A stretch of 64,000 bases of DNA from Candidatus Bilamarchaeaceae archaeon (GTDB lineage: Archaea; Micrarchaeota; Micrarchaeia; Anstonellales; Bilamarchaeaceae). Made by a program: the position numbers and the translations under genes. The notes beneath the pieces were generated by a model. It did not search any database and was not told where the DNA came from. It was given only the letters and a program-made list of their open reading frames with translations. Positions within the stretch are counted from its first letter, which is position 1, and the number at the start of each line of letters is the position of its first letter. The stretch covers positions 1-64,000 of the forward strand of contig JAVZJR010000001.1 in NCBI GenBank assembly GCA_038870635.1, in the 5' to 3' direction. Below, in pieces: positions 60,293 to 64,000 of the stretch.

Positions 60293-60793
60293 ATGGCGAG
60301 GATCCTCTTGGTGCTCGCTGATGGTTTTTTGAATGCAGAGTATAAAATAAAAACATTACTAGAAAGAAAGGGACACGATGTAAGAGTTGCAAGCAAACAG
60401 AGAATTACAATAACAAGCAAAGATGGAGAAAAGATAATGCCTGACCTTGCCCTTTATGAAATAAACCCAGATTACTTTGATTTTGTTATCATAGCTGGAC
60501 AAGATATGAAAAAAATTATAACACCGGAAACAATAAATGCGATAAGGAAATGCGCAGCGAAAAAAGGTGTTGCTGGAGTAAACGAGGGTGCAGTCGCGCT
60601 GGCGTTTGCAGGTATTCTTAATGGAAAGAACGCAACTGTTGCTCGAGAAGAAAAATCAATAAAATTTTTAAGAGATTCTGGCGCGAAATATAAAAATGAA
60701 GAAATAGTACTTGATGGAAATATACTCACTGCTGCTTATCCTGAAATGGTAGAGGAGATAGCAGACAATATAGATAAGATAGTAAAAAAATAG
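60293..60793 (+). CDS. DJ-1/PfpI family protein lacking the catalytic Cys
   Basis: DGF..AEY, IMPDL, AGILNGKNAT, VLDGNILTA; VNEG at the usual ICHG position. Confidence 0.85.
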   Translation: MARILLVLADGFLNAEYKIKTLLERKGHDVRVASKQRITITSKDGEKIMPDLALYEINPDYFDFVIIAGQDMKKIITPETINAIRKCAAKKGVAGVNEGAVALAFAGILNGKNATVAREEKSIKFLRDSGAKYKNEEIVLDGNILTAAYPEMVEEIADNIDKIVKK

Positions 60794-60801
60794 GTGATAA
60801 G

Positions 60802-60999
60802 TTGATAACAATAAGACATGAAGGATGTATTGTTTGCGCTGGTTGCGCAGCTGTTTGTCCAACTGGTGCGCTTGAGTTAGTAGGAAATAGGATAGAATAC
60901 TACCCTGAAAAATGCATAAAATGTGGCGCTTGCGTAAAGGTGTGCCCAGCAAGCGTTATAAAACTTGAGAGAGGTGCGAAAAATGAAAACAAATTATGA
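60802..60999 (+). CDS. 2x[4Fe-4S] ferredoxin
   Basis: Two CxxCxxCxxxCP motifs. Confidence 0.93.
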   Translation: MITIRHEGCIVCAGCAAVCPTGALELVGNRIEYYPEKCIKCGACVKVCPASVIKLERGAKNENKL

Positions 61000-62197
61000 T
61001 GCTATAGTTATTGGTGGCGGGCCAGCTGGCTCTACCTTTGCGCGATTGGTTGCAGCAGAGGGAATGGAAGTACTTGTTATAGATAAAAGAAAGGAAATAG
61101 GTGTTCCAGTTAGATGCGGTGAAGGACTTGGAGCAAGAGAAGTAATCGCACAAGGCCTAGAATTGCCAAAAAGGTGCATTTCAACAGAAATAGTAGGCGC
61201 AAAAGTGGTTGCACCAAATGGCAAAGAAATAATCTGGAAAGACAAGACTACAACAGGTTGGGTACTCGAAAGAAAACTCTTTGACAAATGGCTGTGCGAA
61301 TTAGCAATAGAAAAAGGAGCGGAAGTAAGAACTTATACGAGAGCAACAGAGCTCATAAAGAAAGATGGAAAGATAATAGGATTAAAAGTAGTGCAGTGGG
61401 GAAATAACGAACAAGAAATCTATGCACCGCTTATAGTATCAGCAGAAGGAATGGAAGCAAGAATCGCAAAACAAGCAGGATTTGATACAACGCACAGGCT
61501 ATATGACGTTGACACATGCTACCAATATGAAATGAAACCATATGACCACGAAAACCTTATAGAGTTATATTTTGGAAACAAAGTTGCGCCAAGGGGTTAT
61601 GTTTGGATATTCCCAAAAGCAGATAGAAGAGCAAATGTTGGTATAGGAATAGGGGGCAACCTTACTAATGGAAATAAAAACGGCATCCCTGGTGCTGATC
61701 CTAAAATTCTTTTGGATAAATTTATAGAGAACCATCCGACACTAAAAGATGCGAGCACTCTCGTAGATTTTGGTGGTGTTATAAGTGTTGGTGCGCCACT
61801 TAATGAATTCGTCAAAGATAATTTTATGGTCATCGGAACGGCTGCAAAACAAGTTGACCCTATCCACGGAGGAGGCATAGCGCTGGCTATGGAAACATCC
61901 GTAATGGCGGCAGAAGTGGCTTTGAAAGCACATAAGAAAAGAGATTACAGCGCCCAAGCGCTAAAAGAATACGAAAAGAAATGGTTCCCCTCATTAGGAA
62001 AGAAGATGGAAAAAAGATTAATGCTTAGAAAAGTATTGGAAAAACTAAATGACGATGACTTAGACTATATATTCAATGCGATAACACCAACCGATCTTAA
62101 TGATGTAATGGAAGGTAGATTTGCAGGTCCTGTCGCAAAAGTACTGGCGGGCAGACCGCAGTTGCTAAAAATCTTAAGCGTTCTCGTAGGAAAATAA
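60983..62197 (+). CDS. geranylgeranyl reductase family (digeranylgeranylglycerophospholipid reductase)
   Basis: GGGPAG, PVRCGEG, LERKLFD, PRGYVWIFP, GGGI; adjacent ferredoxin. Confidence 0.92.
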   Translation: MKTNYDAIVIGGGPAGSTFARLVAAEGMEVLVIDKRKEIGVPVRCGEGLGAREVIAQGLELPKRCISTEIVGAKVVAPNGKEIIWKDKTTTGWVLERKLFDKWLCELAIEKGAEVRTYTRATELIKKDGKIIGLKVVQWGNNEQEIYAPLIVSAEGMEARIAKQAGFDTTHRLYDVDTCYQYEMKPYDHENLIELYFGNKVAPRGYVWIFPKADRRANVGIGIGGNLTNGNKNGIPGADPKILLDKFIENHPTLKDASTLVDFGGVISVGAPLNEFVKDNFMVIGTAAKQVDPIHGGGIALAMETSVMAAEVALKAHKKRDYSAQALKEYEKKWFPSLGKKMEKRLMLRKVLEKLNDDDLDYIFNAITPTDLNDVMEGRFAGPVAKVLAGRPQLLKILSVLVGK

Positions 62198-62257
62198 AAC
62201 AATTAAAAACCCTATGAAACAAAATTATAGTGTTAAAAAAAATATTTTGGTGATAAA

Positions 62258-62605
62258 ATGGCTGGCGGACCGGAGTTAAAGGGACATGAAGAAACAGAAT
62301 TGCCTCCAAAAGAAATAATACCAAAAAAAATAACAGGTGTCCAATATAAAATTGAAGTGGGAGACAAAGTGTACATAGTGGAACTTGAAAAAGGCGAACA
62401 TTTCAAAAAAGGAAGAAAATCAGCAGATATATACGCCCAAGAACTAATGACGGCAATTTCAAAAGCAAAAAATATTTATCGTGAGGAAGGAGATAAAAAA
62501 ATAGAATTGACAGAAGACGAGAAGTCTAATCTTAGGTCAACCATATTAAAACTATACAATGAAAACAAAGTTGCTGAAGTAATTGTTGAGAAAATAAAAC
62601 AGTGA
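62258..62605 (+). CDS. hypothetical protein
   Basis: 115-aa ORF with GGTGA RBS. Confidence 0.6.
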   Translation: MAGGPELKGHEETELPPKEIIPKKITGVQYKIEVGDKVYIVELEKGEHFKKGRKSADIYAQELMTAISKAKNIYREEGDKKIELTEDEKSNLRSTILKLYNENKVAEVIVEKIKQ

Positions 62606-62609
62606 GCAA

Positions 62610-63086
62610 ATGGGAAGAAGAATAGCAGCAGTGATAATAGCTGCAGCTATAATACTCAATCCTCACACGCCCCCGATATTTAAAAAAGAAAGACCGCTAG
62701 TTGAGCATATAAAAAACGGTGAGAGGATAATAAAAAAAATAGATAAAAAAAACGGTGTTTATACGATAACAGACAAAGGGATTATTTTTGAGGAAAAAAA
62801 TCCCAAAGTAGTGTCCGTAGAAGAAGTAGGAACAATAAATAACAATGGAAAAAGCATTAAAATAACAAAGCAGCAAATCGAAAAAGGACGGGAATTAATA
62901 TGGGAAGACAGTGGTTGCACTGATTTTATTTGTATGAAAGAAAGCGAAGATGATAGAGTACAAGTGCTATTAAAAAACAATAAAGGCGATATTTGCGTCG
63001 TTGATATAAAATTAGAAGATGATATAGACAAGGTCAGGGCGAGAGTTAGAAAAATGAAAAATAGTCAAATACCAGATTGCCGTTAA
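62610..63086 (+). CDS. hypothetical secreted/membrane-anchored protein
   Basis: N-terminal basic+hydrophobic segment. Confidence 0.55.
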   Translation: MGRRIAAVIIAAAIILNPHTPPIFKKERPLVEHIKNGERIIKKIDKKNGVYTITDKGIIFEEKNPKVVSVEEVGTINNNGKSIKITKQQIEKGRELIWEDSGCTDFICMKESEDDRVQVLLKNNKGDICVVDIKLEDDIDKVRARVRKMKNSQIPDCR

Positions 63087-64000
63087 ATAAAACAGATTTC
63101 ACTTTTCCTTTTAGTATTTGACCTTCAAAAGGCGACCATTTACATTTTGTATAGAGTTCCTCGCCTTCCACTTTCCATTCTTTTTTTAGATCAACTATAG
63201 TTATGTCTGCCTTTGCACCTTCTCTTATCTCGCCACGATCGCTCAATCTAAAAAGTCTAGAAGGTACTGCTGACATTTTTTTAATTATTTCTTCCAAAGA
63301 GAGAATCCTTTCATGGTACAACTTTAACATAAGAGCTAATGACGTTTCTAGACCTGGAAAACCGTGCGCACCGTTCTCTTTATCTTCTAATGTATGTGGT
63401 GCATGATCAGTTGCTATACAATCAATGAGAGAAATATTTTGAAGTAATTTTTTTCGTACACTATCACTTCTTAAATTAGGGTAAACAGTTCCTTTGTTTC
63501 CAAGACGAGCTGCATCTTTTGAAGATAAAAATAAATAATGGGGTGCGGTTTCTGTTGTTATGTTAAAAAAACGAGCCTTCTCAAGTTCTTCGCTAGCCGA
63601 AACGTGCGCTATGTGGCAATTTCTTTTATATTTTTTTGCAAGAAAGCCAACTGAAGATATGTTTTCTATTGTTTTTTCTATCTGTGTTACTTCATCGCCT
63701 TCTGAAGAAGAAGCATGAAAAACAAAAACCCCATCAAATGTTTGGAAGTGTTTCTCTATTGAATCTTTTTCTTTTAGTAAAAGATCACCAGTAGTCTTAC
63801 CTAAATAAAACTTCATAGATAATGCTCCTGCTTTTTTTGCTTCACCCTGGTTATTATCAGTCGCACCAAAATGGAAAAAAACATCACACAATGCTTTCTT
63901 TTTTGCAAGCTCTTTTTTTTCTTTATAGCGCGCGATAGTAATTGTAGGTAAAGGATTATTTGGCATATCAATTACTGTTGTAAATCCGCCTGCAATCGCC
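63046..64000 (-). CDS. pyrC: dihydroorotase (5' end beyond window)
   Basis: AGGFTTVIDMPN at the window edge, HIAHVS, APHYL, ATDHAPH, GFPGLET, KCKWSPF. Confidence 0.93.
   Translation of the reverse strand, partial: AIAGGFTTVIDMPNNPLPTITIARYKEKKELAKKKALCDVFFHFGATDNNQGEAKKAGALSMKFYLGKTTGDLLLKEKDSIEKHFQTFDGVFVFHASSSEGDEVTQIEKTIENISSVGFLAKKYKRNCHIAHVSASEELEKARFFNITTETAPHYLFLSSKDAARLGNKGTVYPNLRSDSVRKKLLQNISLIDCIATDHAPHTLEDKENGAHGFPGLETSLALMLKLYHERILSLEEIIKKMSAVPSRLFRLSDRGEIREGAKADITIVDLKKEWKVEGEELYTKCKWSPFEGQILKGKVKSVLFNGNLVFDYFSFF

Overview
Archaeal chromosomal segment. Gene content (aEF-2, aEF-1alpha, eS1/S3Ae, NAC, RpoL, Topo VI, Cdc6/Orc1, Pop5, Sec61beta, class III signal-peptide proteins, Cys-rich surface proteins, bacterial-type MetK, leaderless TATA-type promoters) suggests a DPANN archaeon, probably Micrarchaeota-like (inference). 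Most of the window is housekeeping: a long minus-strand translation superoperon (rps12-rps7-aEF2-HAM1-rps15-rps3ae-NAC-...-idi2), tuf, valS, top6AB, metK, a pilin-like cluster, scpA, sepF, cdc6, lipid genes and one initiator tRNA-Met. The most unusual items are in the first 5 kb. (i) A RelA/SpoT-like protein with a degenerate HD region and intact-looking synthetase motifs sits at the end of the translation superoperon. (ii) A visibly GC-richer ~2.66 kb cassette (GNAT <- M20 deacylase <- | -> AbrB -> GNAT) is bounded by a perfect 29-bp inverted repeat, and one of its GNAT genes is split by a +1 frameshift. (iii) A 43-bp direct repeat lies between the cassette and the RelA/SpoT-like gene. Elsewhere there is a family of C-rich 3' hairpin elements, a CBS-HPF fusion, a P-loop kinase-dCMP deaminase fusion, two diverged arginase-fold paralogs and two small ORFs missed by the ORF track. 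No CRISPR array, rRNA, integrase or transposase was recognised. All calls are from motif recognition by eye; no searches were run.
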